64,000 nt of DNA from Obrimoposthia wandeli. Taxonomy: Eukaryota. Location: positions 372,001 to 436,000 of the forward strand of contig CDROCS010000434.1 in NCBI GenBank assembly GCA_977020255.1. The letters run 5' to 3'. This document shows positions 62,200 to 64,000 of the stretch, piece by piece. The position numbers and the translations under genes were made by a program. Positions within the stretch are counted from its first letter, which is position 1. Each line of letters starts with the position of its first letter. The notes below the pieces were generated by a model. It searched no databases and was not told the origin of the DNA. It worked only from the letters and a program-made list of their open reading frames with translations.

Positions 62200-63240
62200 G
62201 ATTGAATATAGATATACATAAAATTCGAATAAATCATTTCGCAGCTTATTCAAGATGTTATTATTCAACTGAAACAACATTGCTTAGTGATAAATAGTTT
62301 GCATTGAAATATTTAAATAAGGGAAAATGTGTACTTAAGATCCTTTTTTATAAATATTCAGCTTTTGACACTGTTAATAGAAAAAATATTATTAGAATAT
62401 TTGAAAATATTGTAATCGATGGAAAGGAGCTGAATTGGGTTAGAATATATTTAGTTTTATGCAAATGCTATGTTATAATTGATGACACTGTTTCAAATCC
62501 AGAATACTTTAAATATTGTTTGAATATTGCTCCAATTATATTTTTGATTTATACATTGTGAAATATAATATTTATTTCCACTTTTTGATTCTAGTGACTA
62601 TAAAATCACATTTTCTGATATGGAGATTCTTATACATGAAATATCTATATGGAAGAAATCAAGACAATTGAAGATGAATGAAAATAGAACTGAAAGTATT
62701 ATTTGCATCTAAGAATAATTTTAAAAAATTGATAAAAAAATGAAATTTCATATTTTTTAGTGAAAATACTATTCGCTTGATAATTAAAATAAATAAAATT
62801 GCATACTTGATGAAAAGATTACAATTAATTGTCAAATTAATAAAGTGATAAGAACATACAGTGGTGCCATTAAAAATATTTATCTAATAAATAGATTTTC
62901 AAAATGCTTTAATGATTAATATTCCAGCTTTTCAGTTAAATCGCTTACAGAAAATGTTAAACAAATATGTCAAAATTATTTTCAAATTAAAGAAATGGAC
63001 ATTAAATGAAGTTCCATTGGTTACTGTTCAATGCCGGAATATTATCAACAACAAAAATCTCGCGAAAGCCCAAATATTTATATGATCTTCTCGAGGCTGC
63101 TGCAGTGAGTATGCATCTTAGGAGTAACGATGAAGACAGCGGACTTGAAATTTATGCTTAAAACTTTACAAAAATCTATCAAAGAAAATAAATATCCTAT
63201 AACAATGTTGATAAATTCAAGAAGCAGCTGAAGCCTTTAC
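62200..63240 (+). mobile_element. Decayed CR1/L2-like LINE reverse-transcriptase region
   Basis: SAFDTVNRK.II..GKELNWVRIYL...APIIFLIY (cf. KAFDTVDH..WF.SYL..GP.LF.IY); 3' end KFKKQL. Confidence 0.65.
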
Positions 63241-64000
63241 TATTCAGAAAATGAGACGAAAGATGATATCTACCTTGGAAACAAGAAGCGCTTTTGAGTA
63301 ATGAATTGTAGATTTATTATATATTGGCTTTATATAAGATATAGCAATGTTATTGTTACAGGCGCCCAGTTTCCAAAGAAATTTAAAGAAATTTTCAACT
63401 AATCTATAGCTTAACTTTAAAAAATTATTAATCTCATTTTTAGTTTACAATTTAATATATATACTCAATACTTTTCAACAGGAATGTTTATATTCCAGCA
63501 TGTCTTGTTTAAGTTTTACACAGTTTAATCAAGATGTAATCCGAAAACAACCTGATTATAACTAATTAAAGATTCGAATAAAGAATAGTGAAATATAAAT
63601 GTACAATGTATAACCTTTCTAAGGAAATATAGCTTAATTCATTTCAGGATTAAAGTGTACGTTTCATAAATAAGTAACATTGAGTTTAATAAAAACATTT
63701 AAATAAATATATACATTTTTGACGTAATAACCTTCGATAGTGATGTCTAATATTAATTACAATTTCGTATTTAACCGGTTTGTTTACACATTATGATGTA
63801 TATCCGGACTAGTCAAGTTTAATCAAGTTAATGATCGCGTTATATTCGATCTGTAATTAAAGTGTGTAGCAGACGGTCTATCAATAGTCTTTCATACCTT
63901 AGATATCCATATGATTCAATATAGCTGTCACAACTTCAATATTTAGTAAATTAGATCTTTAGATCTTCTTGAACCTGGTGCAGTGAGCATGTATAATATA

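Overview
AT-rich, transposon-laden animal genomic DNA (probably arthropod; inference from TATA+TCAGT/CAGT promoter motifs and the transposon families present), with one 471-N assembly gap. Host content: the last three coding exons of a stomatin/band-7 gene on + (11592-11647, 25006-25084, 36210-36470; introns of 13.4 and 11.1 kb) and two phase-0 exons of an unidentified gene (53792-53929, 55191-55304). The window has several Polinton/Maverick-type insertions whose termini begin AGTAG. (i) A 6.2-kb element (38183-44382, 6-bp TSD ACCTAC) carries integrase, a packaging ATPase, a Lys-rich mini-protein, a GGF-motif protein, a pair of paralogous orphan genes and an intron-containing, disabled TATA-binding-protein (TBP)-like gene with its own TATA+Inr promoter. 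The ORF track misses this gene. (ii) A 6.8-kb non-autonomous element (25168-32009, TSD ATCAAT) has long TIRs and an internal (TTAGGG)11 array. (iii) There are two orphan termini and decayed integrase/pPolB relics. The rest is decayed mariner/Tc1/pogo, piggyBac, hAT and CR1/L2-like LINE sequence plus MITEs. All protein identifications are by eye from hand translation; no database search was run, and boundaries of decayed relics are approximate.
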